Source: Promethearchaeota archaeon (GTDB lineage Archaea > Asgardarchaeota > Lokiarchaeia > Sigyniarchaeales > SOKP01). From it: a stretch of 64,000 nt of DNA. The stretch lies in the NCBI GenBank assembly GCA_016840165.1, contig JAEOSU010000037.1, positions 20,100 through 84,099 of the forward strand. The letters are read 5' to 3'. The position numbers and the translations under genes are program-made. This document shows, piece by piece, positions 20,799-31,580 of the stretch. Every line of letters starts with the position of its first letter. Position 1 is the stretch's first letter. The notes under the pieces were generated by a model. That model saw only the letters and a list, made by a program, of their open reading frames with translations. It was not told the origin of the DNA and did not search any database.

Positions 20799-22187
20799 CT
20801 ATTTGGTATAATATTTTTCAATAAATTCTTGATGAATTCTAAATAATTGATTTTGTGATAAATTTGAAAGGACCTCCCATGCAATTGTAAAGGTTTCATC
20901 AAAAGAACGGTTTTCTGTAATTCCCTGATCCAAGAATTTCTTCTCAAAATCATCTCCAAAAGAGAGTAATTCTTTCTGATCCGGATTTAAACCATCTTCT
21001 CCGATAACAGAAAGGATATCTCGAACTTCTAGAGCATCTGAATATGATGCTAAAAGTTGAGAGCTAATATCAGCATGATCTTCACGAGTGGTACCCTTTC
21101 CAATTGAATCCTTCATTAATCTTGAAATTGATGCTAAAACTTCAAATGGTGGATAAATACCTTTCTTATTTAAATCTCTATTTAAAACTAACTGTCCTTC
21201 GGTAATATAACCCGTTGTATCAGGAATGGGATGTGAGATGTCGTCATTGGGCATAGTTAAAATCGGCAATTGTGTAATTGAGCCTTTCTTTCCTTTTAAT
21301 TTACCAGTTCTTTCATAAATTGAAGCTAAATCAGAATAGAGATAGCCTGGATATCCTTTCCTACTAGGTATTTCTTCTTTTGCCGAGCTTAATTCTCTTA
21401 ACGCTTCAGCATAGTTAGTCATATCAATAAGTACTACGAGAACTTGCATATCTTTTTCAAAGGCAAAATACTCTGCTGTTGTCAAAGCGACGCGAGGAAT
21501 TATTAATCGCTCCATTATTGGATCAGAAGCAAAATTTATGAAAGAAATTATATTTTGGATATTTCCACCTTCTTTAAAAGTATTTAAAAATGTGATAGCC
21601 TCATCTTCAATAATTCCAATACCGCAAAAAATGATCAAAAAAGGTTCTTCTGTTAGTACCTTGGCTTGAGTGACTATTTGTGCTGCCAGTTTATTATGAG
21701 GCAAACCTTGTGCACTGAAAATGGGTAATTTTTGTCCACGAATAATAGTAAAAAGACCATCAATTACAGAAATCCCTGTTTGAATTACTTCCGAGGGATA
21801 CTGCCTTGAAAATGGATTAATAGGTGAACCATAAATATCTAATTCAAGATCACCTATTATTTCATTCTTTAGAATTTCTTTGGAAAAAATGTTAAGAGGT
21901 CTTCCAAAGGAATTAAAGGTTCTACCAAACATATCATTTTCTGATATTCTTACTTTGAAAGTGTCTTCAGTGAAGAATATTTTAGCGTTTTCACTGGATA
22001 AACCTTTAGTATCCTCAAATACTTCAATTATGATTACTTCTTCATTTATTTTAATTACTTGCCCAAATCTATCTTTACTATCTTCAGATTGGATTTTTAC
22101 AATCTCTCCGTAGTGGACCTCATGCTGATTTTCCAAGAAAATTAAGGGGCCAATTATTTTCTGAATATTTCTATAAATGATACTCAT
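20799..22187 (-). CDS. atpB: V/A-type ATPase subunit B
   Basis: [60 protein letters not shown]. Confidence 0.96.
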   Translation of the reverse strand: MSIIYRNIQKIIGPLIFLENQHEVHYGEIVKIQSEDSKDRFGQVIKINEEVIIIEVFEDTKGLSSENAKIFFTEDTFKVRISENDMFGRTFNSFGRPLNIFSKEILKNEIIGDLELDIYGSPINPFSRQYPSEVIQTGISVIDGLFTIIRGQKLPIFSAQGLPHNKLAAQIVTQAKVLTEEPFLIIFCGIGIIEDEAITFLNTFKEGGNIQNIISFINFASDPIMERLIIPRVALTTAEYFAFEKDMQVLVVLIDMTNYAEALRELSSAKEEIPSRKGYPGYLYSDLASIYERTGKLKGKKGSITQLPILTMPNDDISHPIPDTTGYITEGQLVLNRDLNKKGIYPPFEVLASISRLMKDSIGKGTTREDHADISSQLLASYSDALEVRDILSVIGEDGLNPDQKELLSFGDDFEKKFLDQGITENRSFDETFTIAWEVLSNLSQNQLFRIHQEFIEKYYTK

Positions 22188-24028
22188 TTTGTTTTCTTCC
22201 CACTATAACTTAATTTTATGGATTGAATCTCTCTTAACAACTTCGTCTTTATTTCTTCTATTTTTTCAAATTCATCATTTGGAATTGCTTGATTAACTCT
22301 TCTTATATCATCTAAAACCTCAAGAGATTTAATATCTTCAAGCATATATCCCTGATCTAAAAACGTTAACCCTTGTTGGTATAAAAGTATAATTAATTTT
22401 ACATATCCCAGTAATTTAGTAGAATTAGTGAATTTATCAATATCATCAAACGCATTTTGAATAAGGAAACTTTCTCTTATTAGTTTTCCAATAAAAATTA
22501 TGAATTGCTGGTCATCAGGTAAATTTTCTTCTCCAATTAATTGGATTATGTTTTTTAATTCATTTTCTTTCGATAGAATAGAATTTATTTCCGCTCTACA
22601 TTGAGTCCAGTCTTGATCAATTTCGGACCAATTTATATCTCTTTCATGCCACCATTCTGAGACATATTCTATATAATTTGAGTAGGACGTTAACCAATTT
22701 ATTGCAGGATAGTGTTTTGAATAAGCAAGACTGGCATCTAAAGCCCAAAAAGCTTGAACAAATCGCTTTGTTGTAGCAGTCACTGGTTCACTAAAATCCC
22801 CTGCAGGAGGAGAAACAGATCCTACTACCGTTAATGAACCAAATCTTTTATTTTCAACATCATTACTACCCAATAACTCTACTTTTCCAGCTCTTTCATA
22901 AAAGCTTGAGAGTTTTGAAGGAAGATAGGCGGGATATCCTTCTTCTGCAGGCATTTCCTCTAATAATCCAGAAATTTCCCTCAAAGATTCTGCCCAACGC
23001 GAAGTGCTATCTGCAAGAACCGCTACGTTATAACCCATATCTCTATAATATTCTGCTATAGTTATTCCTGAAAAGATACTTGCTTCACGCGCAGAAACAG
23101 GCATATTAGATGTATTAGCGATAAGGACTAATCTTTCGATAAGGGGTCGTCCACTTCTTGGATCGATTAATTTTGTAAATTCCTTTAAAACGTCAGCAAT
23201 CTCATTCCCTCTTTCTCCACATCCTACAAATATAATTATATCCGCGTCACACCATTTTGCCAAGGATTGTTGAATAACCGTTTTTCCGGTACCAAACCCA
23301 CCAGGTACTGCCACCGTCCCTCCTTTAGCGATAGGAAAAAGTAAATCTATTACCCTTATTCCCGTAATCAAAGGTTCTTCTGAAAGAATTCTCTCTTTAT
23401 ATGGTCTACTCCTTGTTATAGGCCATTTTTGCAACATTGTTAATGAACTTTCTTTTCCATTTTTTCTCAAGCGATAAATTTCATCTATTATAGTGAAATC
23501 TCCTTCTTCAACTATGAAGGATAAAACTCCAGAATAATTAGTTGGAACTAAAATTCTGTGTTCTATTAACTCAGTTTCTTGAACTACGCCAACTATTTCA
23601 CCAGGAATAATTTTATCTCCCACGTTCTTTTTTGGTACGAAATGCCATTTAACATCCCTTGATAGAGAAGGAATTTCAGTACCACGTTTCAAAAATGAGT
23701 TTTTCGTTTCTTTATGAATTATATTTAAAGGACGTTGAACTCCATCAAATACACTTGTTAGGAGTCCTGGTGCTAATTCCATTGACAAGGGTTCTTGTAG
23801 ATTAATAATTTCTTGATTTAGTTTTAAATTATTTGTATTTTCATAGCACTGAACGACGACATAATTTTCATATATTTGAATTACTTCCCCCAAAATATTT
23901 TGTTCTGAAATTTTAACTAAATCGTGTAATTTAATCTGTTTTTCTATGCCCTTAACATAGATTAGTGTTCCATTTATAGCACTAATATATCCTTTTTCAA
24001 AAGTCTCACTAGATTTGTTCATACTCAT
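22184..24028 (-). CDS. atpA: V/A-type ATPase catalytic subunit A
   Basis: Walker [46 protein letters not shown]. Confidence 0.97.
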   Translation of the reverse strand: MSMNKSSETFEKGYISAINGTLIYVKGIEKQIKLHDLVKISEQNILGEVIQIYENYVVVQCYENTNNLKLNQEIINLQEPLSMELAPGLLTSVFDGVQRPLNIIHKETKNSFLKRGTEIPSLSRDVKWHFVPKKNVGDKIIPGEIVGVVQETELIEHRILVPTNYSGVLSFIVEEGDFTIIDEIYRLRKNGKESSLTMLQKWPITRSRPYKERILSEEPLITGIRVIDLLFPIAKGGTVAVPGGFGTGKTVIQQSLAKWCDADIIIFVGCGERGNEIADVLKEFTKLIDPRSGRPLIERLVLIANTSNMPVSAREASIFSGITIAEYYRDMGYNVAVLADSTSRWAESLREISGLLEEMPAEEGYPAYLPSKLSSFYERAGKVELLGSNDVENKRFGSLTVVGSVSPPAGDFSEPVTATTKRFVQAFWALDASLAYSKHYPAINWLTSYSNYIEYVSEWWHERDINWSEIDQDWTQCRAEINSILSKENELKNIIQLIGEENLPDDQQFIIFIGKLIRESFLIQNAFDDIDKFTNSTKLLGYVKLIILLYQQGLTFLDQGYMLEDIKSLEVLDDIRRVNQAIPNDEFEKIEEIKTKLLREIQSIKLSYSGKKTK

Positions 24029-24731
24029 TTAAGTAATCCTTCATTTCTTCTTTTTTATTTTTAATAAAATTTTCAAAATTAACCTGTAATTCTTTTACTT
24101 GTTCTTCAGAAAATACCTGTGATAAGTGCTTCTCGATAATAATAATGTTTCGCTCTAATAATGCATTAATAGAATAGTTGTAGTTAATTTTTCCTCCTTG
24201 AGAAACAACTTTAAATCCTCCGATAAATTCTTCTTCAGATCTAATGATCTCGACATCATTTTTGAATAAAGAGTTAATTTTAGAGGGGTTGGTTTTAATG
24301 TTGTCATAATCTTTATCATTTAATATAACGATAACTTTTGGTGATTTATCGATAATATGAACTAATTCCTTTATTTTCTCAGTTAAAAATTGTAGATAAT
24401 GTGAATAATTGTTTGTTATCAAATCTTTAATTTTCAACAACAAACTATTATTCAAATCACTTAATATGTTGTTTTTAAGATTTAAAATCGATTCTTTTGC
24501 ATCAATTAGGGTCGAAGCTAATGATTTATTTAAGAAATTCCTATACAAATTTGCAAATTGATCTTTGAGTTTTATCGAATTCTCATTAATACGCCTTAAA
24601 TAATTTTTTTTTGCTTCTGCCTTTTGATAAAGCATTTGTTGGTTTAATTCTTTTATTTTTTCTTGAGCACTTTTAATTAAATATATTCCTAACTTTCCGA
24701 ATTGATCTTTTATAATATTTTCCTCAGACAA
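24009..24731 (-). CDS. atpE: V/A-type ATPase subunit E
   Basis: Coiled-coil N-half, FIGGFKV...INYNYSI; TTG start with GGTGAGG SD; operon position. Confidence 0.85.
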   Translation of the reverse strand: MSEENIIKDQFGKLGIYLIKSAQEKIKELNQQMLYQKAEAKKNYLRRINENSIKLKDQFANLYRNFLNKSLASTLIDAKESILNLKNNILSDLNNSLLLKIKDLITNNYSHYLQFLTEKIKELVHIIDKSPKVIVILNDKDYDNIKTNPSKINSLFKNDVEIIRSEEEFIGGFKVVSQGGKINYNYSINALLERNIIIIEKHLSQVFSEEQVKELQVNFENFIKNKKEEMKDYLNEYEQI

Positions 24732-24745
24732 GTTAATCCCTCACC

Positions 24746-25066
24746 CTAATCTATAATTCTCCTGATACTTTTATTTATTTCTTTAAGAAATACAGTTTGT
24801 TCTTCAATTTTTGTTTTGAAGATATTAGGTAAATAGAATATAAATGGTTTTAACTTACTTAATTTATGTTCCATTAAGATTTGAATATCTTCATCTAATA
24901 AATCTATCGCGATAACAATCATACCTATAGAAGGATCTTCTTTTAATCTGTTGAATTCTTCTAAAAAGTCCCCAGGTTTATTGAGAACTATTCCCTCAAT
25001 ACCTAATAATCCCATCAATACAATGATTTCTTCTTCTCCAATAACATAAATTTTATCTTCAGGCAC
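24746..25066 (-). CDS. atpF: V/A-type ATPase subunit F
   Basis: KIYVIGEEE...GLLGI, IGMIVI; 106 aa. Confidence 0.88.
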   Translation of the reverse strand: MPEDKIYVIGEEEIIVLMGLLGIEGIVLNKPGDFLEEFNRLKEDPSIGMIVIAIDLLDEDIQILMEHKLSKLKPFIFYLPNIFKTKIEEQTVFLKEINKSIRRIID

Positions 25067-25382
25067 TAAAATCTAAACCTAGTTTATCTATAATTTTATT
25101 TATCAAAACAGTTTTATTTTGGTTATAACTATGTTCAAATTCAATTAGAATCTTCTCTAAATTCTTTTTAAACTGAGAAATTTCTTTATTAACGTCATTT
25201 TGTAGAGAATTTAAAGCTCCTTTAACTAAATCTTGTTTAGTCTTTTGAGTTTCTTCTAATGATTTTTCATTATTTTTCCGGAGTTCATCGATTTCCTTTA
25301 AGTTCTGCTCTTTAGCTTTTTTTAATAAATCATTATAAACTTCTTCCAAATCCTTGGCCCAGTCAAATATTCTCATTCCCAT
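25059..25382 (-). CDS. V/A-type ATPase peripheral stalk subunit H/G
   Basis: 107-aa charged all-helical protein inside the operon; assigned by size and elimination. Confidence 0.65.
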   Translation of the reverse strand: MGMRIFDWAKDLEEVYNDLLKKAKEQNLKEIDELRKNNEKSLEETQKTKQDLVKGALNSLQNDVNKEISQFKKNLEKILIEFEHSYNQNKTVLINKIIDKLGLDFSA

Positions 25383-26430
25383 TTTTTAGACTCTCATATT
25401 TTTCATGAATAATTCTAATTACATTTGGCATTATGTTAAATTTGATTTCTTTTTCTTTTTTAATTATCAATTCCAATATGCGATAGATTGTAAAATACTC
25501 AAAATCATCAATTTTTAATTGGAATTTTTTAAAATAATAATTTTGATAGATTCCTTCTAAGGACCATCTCAAATGTTTTTTATTTATATTAATAGGGATA
25601 TATAATTCTTTTAATTCTTTTATGGAGTTTAAGAACTTTTGAATTTCCGATATGAATTTATCGATATCATTAATCTCTAATAAAGCATCGATTTTTTCTT
25701 GGCTTAAAAATAAGTATTCTCTAATAAGTAGTTGCGATGTTAAATTCTTATCAAAATGATTAATTATTGCTCGTGATAAAATTCTCAAGTTATAAACTTC
25801 TGCTGAATAATCAATAAAAAGCGATATCATCGCTTTTTCTTTTTTATCATAAAAATGTTTTGTTAATATAAGATTTTCATAATATAATTTATCTAAAAAA
25901 GCCTCTAAAATAAAAATTTCGTTAGTATTTTTAAAATAGAGTATTCCCTCCCTTATGGGCTTGTTATAGCGCGTGTTTTTCATATAAAACTGAATTTCCT
26001 CTAAACTAGTGATCTCGAGCAAATCTTTAATAAAATCTGAACGCTCCAAATATTCTTCAACTAAATAATTAATCCTTTTAGATTTTTCTGATTTGCTAAT
26101 ACCGATTATTGATCCGAGTATTATTTGCTTAATGTTAGAGATTTCATACTTTAAAAGGTAGGCTTTTAAAAAGAGTTTCATATTATCCGGGGAAAAATAT
26201 AAAATCCTTCCTATTAATTTAATAAGGATATGAAAAAGAGCTTGTTCTATTTCCATAATATTATAATCCGAAATTTTGATTTCAGGATAATACGGAGAGA
26301 TAAATTCCATGAAATCCTTAATGCTATCAAATTTCTTTAACTGTGATAGGTTATTATCTTCAATAATTAATTTCTTAAGAAACTCTATCTTGATATAGGT
26401 ATAAACATAAGAGGGAATTACTATACTCGT
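25363..26430 (-). CDS. atpC: V/A-type ATPase subunit C (d); probable ACG start
   Basis: KYEISNIK, LEAFLDKLYY, YNLRILSR; frame open 40 codons above the ATG at 26310, up to an ACG preceded by GGTG, giving 355 aa. Confidence 0.85.
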   Translation of the reverse strand, partial: TSIVIPSYVYTYIKIEFLKKLIIEDNNLSQLKKFDSIKDFMEFISPYYPEIKISDYNIMEIEQALFHILIKLIGRILYFSPDNMKLFLKAYLLKYEISNIKQIILGSIIGISKSEKSKRINYLVEEYLERSDFIKDLLEITSLEEIQFYMKNTRYNKPIREGILYFKNTNEIFILEAFLDKLYYENLILTKHFYDKKEKAMISLFIDYSAEVYNLRILSRAIINHFDKNLTSQLLIREYLFLSQEKIDALLEINDIDKFISEIQKFLNSIKELKELYIPININKKHLRWSLEGIYQNYYFKKFQLKIDDFEYFTIYRILELIIKKEKEIKFNIMPNVIRIIHEKYESLKNGNENI

Positions 26431-26493
26431 AAAACAACACCAATTTATGAAATATTTATTTAGCTTAGTTTACAGATATGTCAAATCAATTGA

Positions 26494-26859
26494 TTATCCT
26501 GGCGGAGAGGGTATTTTTGTCCACAGAAGTATACCAACAATTAACCCATAAACCGCTAACGCTTCTGCTAACGCTACTACTAAAAAGGCTTTAAAGAAAG
26601 ATTCTTCTCTTTCTGCGAGTGAAGAAATTGCTGCGGTTCCTACGGTTTTTATTGCTAATGCACTACCCAATACTGAAGCCCCAACAGAAATTGCTGCTGA
26701 CATAGCTAGGATGGCTGAGGTGGCTGTATTGTAATAATCTAACGTAGTTGCTTGGGCTGCTACTAATGTCACTACTCCATTTGTAGAAAAAAATACAATG
26801 AATACTAGAACAATTTGAAATAATCCAAGTAATAAATAAAATTTCTTTTTGCCATTCAT
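26494..26859 (-). CDS. atpK: V/A-type ATPase proteolipid subunit K (c)
   Basis: One hairpin with ALAEALAVYGL (ion-binding Glu) plus an N-terminal hydrophobic extension. Confidence 0.93.
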   Translation of the reverse strand: MNGKKKFYLLLGLFQIVLVFIVFFSTNGVVTLVAAQATTLDYYNTATSAILAMSAAISVGASVLGSALAIKTVGTAAISSLAEREESFFKAFLVVALAEALAVYGLIVGILLWTKIPSPPG

Positions 26860-27060
26860 TTTTTAACCATTGCAATAATTTATTAATGTTTAAAAGGAAT
26901 AAGCGTTCACTAGCGTATAAATTCTTCGTTTATAAAATTAAAATTTATTAAATATTAAATCAGAAATAGCAAAAAGGAGTTTTTCAAGTTAGAAGTATTA
27001 ATGTATTATTATTCCGATATGAAATGATTTTCTTCAATTATTAGTCAAATATTTAACAAA

Positions 27061-27705
27061 TCAAGAATAGATTATTACTCTGATTTGATCTGCAATATCG
27101 TGTATTCTATCAGCTAGATTTTCAAGTAAAACAATACTATCTCTAATTCTAAGTGTCATTCTTATATCCAAATCTGTATTAGAATAAAGATATTCAAGGA
27201 ATTGCCTATAAATTCTATCAATTTTATTTTCTATTTCATGAATTTCAGTAGTGTTATTAAAGACTTTTTCTTGATTATCTCTTAGATTTTTTATAGTTGT
27301 TTTTAACACATTTGCCATATTCATTATCATGTTAATTAACTTTTCATACCTCTCAAAAATTTCTTTAGAACTATTAACTTTCAATTTAATATTAGGAAGC
27401 ATATCAACAAATTCGAGAGGATAGTTAATTAGATTGTCCATTCGAAGGATTAGAGCTACAATATTTCCCAATTGTGAGTCAATTTCTGCATAGTCTTTTA
27501 TTATTTTGATTTTAATCTCATCTGCTTCTTCTTCAACTAATTGCATTTTACTTTTTTTCTTAGTTAAGCTTTTTTTGTTCGATTCATAATTTTCAGACCA
27601 TCCAGTATAATATACGCCCATGTCACTGATTACGGAATAGATTAATCTTGAGTGATCTATAAGCAATGTGATTATTTCTTCTTTTATCTTTCTGTTTGAT
27701 AACAT
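27061..27705 (-). CDS. DUF47/PhoU-like phosphate transport regulator
   Basis: EEEADEIK and EIENKIDRIYR...LENLADRIHDIAD helical repeats. Confidence 0.85.
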   Translation of the reverse strand: MLSNRKIKEEIITLLIDHSRLIYSVISDMGVYYTGWSENYESNKKSLTKKKSKMQLVEEEADEIKIKIIKDYAEIDSQLGNIVALILRMDNLINYPLEFVDMLPNIKLKVNSSKEIFERYEKLINMIMNMANVLKTTIKNLRDNQEKVFNNTTEIHEIENKIDRIYRQFLEYLYSNTDLDIRMTLRIRDSIVLLENLADRIHDIADQIRVIIYS

Positions 27706-27815
27706 TTTAAGTTAAACCAAATTTGAAATACAATATTAATAATATATGATTAAAATAATAAAAATCATAAGATTCCAAATTACATAAAAGAAAAATAATA
27801 AAGAAAAAATATTTA

Positions 27816-27902
27816 TTATCTTACGATTAAGACATCAGAAGGAGTTTTGTTAATCACTTCATCTGAGTTTATTCCGTAATTTTTTAAAATCAAATCAGAA
27901 GA
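27816..27902 (-). pseudogene. Possible remnant of a universal stress protein C-terminus
   Basis: Reads SSDLILKNYGINSDEVINKTPSDVLIVR*, resembling the Usp GSxxxxVxxxxPxxVLxVR tail; no convincing start. Confidence 0.3.
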
Positions 27903-28421
27903 TTAGTGATTAAAGATATTATCAAGACGTAATACTAATTTTTTTACAATAATAAAAGTATTCAGTAAAACATGAGTATTTACCTTATCGGGTTGATCTT
28001 TCTTAGTATGTGAGCATTTTGAAGCAGAAGGTGTTGAAAAATCAATTGTTTCTAAAATAAGCAAATGAAAAGGTAAAGAATCAGTAGGAGCTCCTGATAA
28101 TAAAGTGTGACCCTTGATCTCTATTTTTTCTTCTTGAAAAATTTCATCTAATATTGATATAAGTAGGGAAGAACTCTTTTTTTTTGGAATAATACCATAT
28201 GATTTAATATATTCAACTCTATTTTCACCATTTCTACATGAAACCATATCAAAATTGATCTGATATATTTGATTATTAAGTAATTCTTGTTTAAAAAGAT
28301 CAAGAAATACTCTAGAGCCCATTGTACCTATTTCTTCTGCTGAAAACTGGTAAAACCAGATGTTATAATTATTAAGTGGATTTGCTTTAAAATATGAAGA
28401 TAATCCAAAAACTAAAGACAT
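27903..28421 (-). pseudogene. N-terminally truncated M28 family metallopeptidase
   Basis: FSAEEIGTMGS, INFDMV, TD.LPF, HT..D..DKV present; upstream HxD and DNASG metal ligands missing, with an in-frame stop 9 codons above the ATG. Confidence 0.65.
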
Positions 28422-28516
28422 GATTGAGTATTCAAAATTATATGTTTATCATGATAAATTTAATTTCAAATATTATTTTATTAAATTTTATATATTATTA
28501 ATAATGGCGAATACAT

Positions 28517-29758
28517 ATGAAAGCTGTAAAAATAGCAGATAAAGTTTTTTGGATTGGAGCAAATGTGCATTCAGAAGATTTATTTGAAGGAATTTGGCCT
28601 ATACCAAATGGGATAGCTCTTAATTCTTACGTAATAAAAGCAAATAAAGTCGCTGTGATAGAACTTGTTAGAGAATGGGGTGGCGCCTCAATGAGTTTTA
28701 TTGAGAGTCTTAGATCCCTTAATCTTACTTTAAAAGATGTTGACTTCATCATACTTAATCATCTTGAGCCAGATCATACAGGATTTGCACATATCCTGAA
28801 GTCTCTTTCACCAAAGGCTAAATTTGTAACTACGGAAAAGGGTGCAGCATTATTAGATGGTTTTTATGGCATAGATGAGAATATTATGGTTGTGAAGAGC
28901 GGAGATAAAGTAGATCTTGGTGAAAACAAATCTTTAGAGTTTATAGAAATACCACATGTACATTGGCCTGAGACAATGGCAAGTTATGAAGAGGATTCGA
29001 AGATATTATTTAGTGGGGATGCATTTGGAGCATTTGGGGTCCATCAAGGAAGTATTTTTGACGATCAGACCCCGGAAGTAAATAAACCTTATTGGGAACA
29101 AGAAATGTTAAGATATTATGCAAATATTATTGCTATGTTTTCTCCGAATGTAATTAAAGCAATCGACGCTCTTGCTCAATTTAAAATAAATGCGATCGCT
29201 CCTTCTCATGGTTTAATTTGGCGAGGGAAACCAGAAGTGGTAATAAAAAAGTACTCTCGTTACGCTAATTATAATAAAGATTTTGCTGAACCTGAAATAT
29301 GTGTTGTATGGGGAAGCATGTATGGAAATACGGAAGCGATGTTAAATGCGATCTTAAAAGGTATAGCCTCTGAAGGGATATATATCCATATTCATAGAGT
29401 TCCTAATGAAGAACCATCCTTTATTCTGGCAGACGCTTATAAATCAGCTGGTTTAATTATAGGAGCTCCTACATATGAATACAGTATGTTTCCCCCAATG
29501 AAATATTTATTGGAACTTTTACAAAAGAAACATATGTGGCATAAAAAAGTCATATATTTTGGATCATACGGATGGAGTGGAGGAGCTCAAAAGGATTTTA
29601 ATGCGTTATCTGAACATATGAATTGGGATATCATTGAACAACTAGTATTTAAAGGTCATCCAACCGTTCAAGACCTTAACAAAGGAGAGGAGATAGCAAA
29701 GAAATTTGCTCAATCAATATTAGAAATACCTTCTAAAATAAAAGATGAGGATTATTGA
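28517..29758 (+). CDS. fprA: Flavodiiron protein FprA (O2/NO reductase)
   Basis: NHLEPDH, PHVHWPE, FSGDAFG, YYANI, PSHG, and flavodoxin domain SMYGNTE...GSYGWSGG. Confidence 0.94.
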   Translation: MKAVKIADKVFWIGANVHSEDLFEGIWPIPNGIALNSYVIKANKVAVIELVREWGGASMSFIESLRSLNLTLKDVDFIILNHLEPDHTGFAHILKSLSPKAKFVTTEKGAALLDGFYGIDENIMVVKSGDKVDLGENKSLEFIEIPHVHWPETMASYEEDSKILFSGDAFGAFGVHQGSIFDDQTPEVNKPYWEQEMLRYYANIIAMFSPNVIKAIDALAQFKINAIAPSHGLIWRGKPEVVIKKYSRYANYNKDFAEPEICVVWGSMYGNTEAMLNAILKGIASEGIYIHIHRVPNEEPSFILADAYKSAGLIIGAPTYEYSMFPPMKYLLELLQKKHMWHKKVIYFGSYGWSGGAQKDFNALSEHMNWDIIEQLVFKGHPTVQDLNKGEEIAKKFAQSILEIPSKIKDEDY

Positions 29759-29915
29759 TTTTTTTTTCTTCTTATTAAAAGTTGAGGTATTGAAATGTAA
29801 TTTATATATCATATGAAGCTATAATCACAAAATATTAATTTCTGGAATCCTTTCATAATTTAAAAGTAAAATGCGAGATAGATATAGCATCACTTATAAT
29901 GATGGGTTGTATTAA

Positions 29916-31397
29916 ATGATATATCAGGGCTTATTTAACATTCTAAGCTTATATCTTGATAATCTAGAATTTTTTTATAATTCTCTTGACCTATATTTTC
30001 AAGATAAAATTATACCTTCTCTGAGTATTGATTTAAAGGGTAAAAAGAACCTTGATCTTGCTTTAGATGAATTAAGAAAGGTAATATCGAAAGCTTTACG
30101 AGAAATTGGAGTAAAAGAAATAGAAGTTGAAAATAAATTATCTGACCCTTTTTTAGAACTTAATCCGGAGGATTACGATAGAATAAATTCTTTAAATGAT
30201 TTATATCAATATAAAATAGCTCCTATTATCTATGAAATCTTTTTGGAGGAATTAGTTCATTACATTGCTGAATCCACCGCCAGCGAAATTATTATAAATC
30301 TAAAATCGAAAGGTTTTTTAAATATTGAGTTTATGGTCGATATTAAGGGCTTAAAAAGCTTATTTGATGAGAATGAGGATAAAAAAGAAAATTTAAAAAA
30401 ATATATCGAAATTCGAGATACCTTTATTAAAAATTTAAGTGAGAACAAACGAAGAATAGAGGTTTTAGAAGATTTAAATAACCCGAAGGATAAACTCCAA
30501 CTATTATATTTGATTTATCGAATTATTAATTTTTTTCATTTGCAAAGAAGATTTGATTTTTCTCATATAATTGAGTATATTAAAAATAACGTGGATGATT
30601 GGCTAATGACTATCCCATTAGTTACTTTAAAAAATCCTGATCTTTATTTTTGCGGTTTATATTTAGCTACAAACCTAAAAATTCCATTAGACAAAGAGAA
30701 GATTAAAAACTTCCTTATGGAATTATATGAAGAAGCTATCGATGAGTTTGAGGCTCCATTAGTGGAAGCAACAGATGGATTGTACTATTTTTTAAAATCA
30801 ACCAATTTAATGAAGATATGGTTAGATGACTCCCAGGTAGATAGATTAATTGAAACTGATACAAAATTTTTTGAGCCTAATTATTTAAAAAATTTGGAAA
30901 CTTCGCAATTAGTCATAATTCTTAAAATTTATAATTTAGTTAAAAGAAAGGCAACAATGGAAGAGAATATTACTAAAATCATAGCAGAAATAGAAAATAG
31001 AATTAGCTCCGATGGTATTGCACAATATAGAGAGGGTTTTATATCCTCAGAAGCTACATATTATGTGTTGTTTTGCCGATATATGAATCAGTCGTTAGAT
31101 AATTTACAGGATTATGAGTTATTAAATACTATCGTATCTCGAATTTATAGAAATCTTGAATTATTAGAATTTACAGCCGATATGAATTATGACCTCATAT
31201 CTGAATTGTTCTATTCATTCGAAAGTTTAAAATTATTCAACTGCATAGAAACTAAGGAAATGATTATCCTGCTAGCAAATTATTTGTTCCCTCCAAAAGT
31301 TGTAGAAAAAATTGAGAGTTCAAGCGAGATTGTCAAGGCCGATGCTAAATTTCGACATTTGAAAGTAGACAGGATAACGGGCGAGACCATATATTAA
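29916..31397 (+). CDS. Hypothetical all-helical protein, possible alpha/alpha-toroid C-terminal half
   Basis: Long ORF with normal composition; repeated EAT..YY-like helix starts. Confidence 0.6.
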   Translation: MIYQGLFNILSLYLDNLEFFYNSLDLYFQDKIIPSLSIDLKGKKNLDLALDELRKVISKALREIGVKEIEVENKLSDPFLELNPEDYDRINSLNDLYQYKIAPIIYEIFLEELVHYIAESTASEIIINLKSKGFLNIEFMVDIKGLKSLFDENEDKKENLKKYIEIRDTFIKNLSENKRRIEVLEDLNNPKDKLQLLYLIYRIINFFHLQRRFDFSHIIEYIKNNVDDWLMTIPLVTLKNPDLYFCGLYLATNLKIPLDKEKIKNFLMELYEEAIDEFEAPLVEATDGLYYFLKSTNLMKIWLDDSQVDRLIETDTKFFEPNYLKNLETSQLVIILKIYNLVKRKATMEENITKIIAEIENRISSDGIAQYREGFISSEATYYVLFCRYMNQSLDNLQDYELLNTIVSRIYRNLELLEFTADMNYDLISELFYSFESLKLFNCIETKEMIILLANYLFPPKVVEKIESSSEIVKADAKFRHLKVDRITGETIY

Positions 31398-31580
31398 AAC
31401 CCCAATATTTAATTTACAAATTTTAAAGTTTTAAATTATCAAAAATTACTCTAAGAAGATCTATGATTTATATTGTAAACTTAATAACGGTGTTAGATTC
31501 TGATCTATTAATTAATTTATCACAAGATTGATACCTGAAAAGAGATTCAAACAATTGATTTAAAAGAGAGAGGATAGCAA

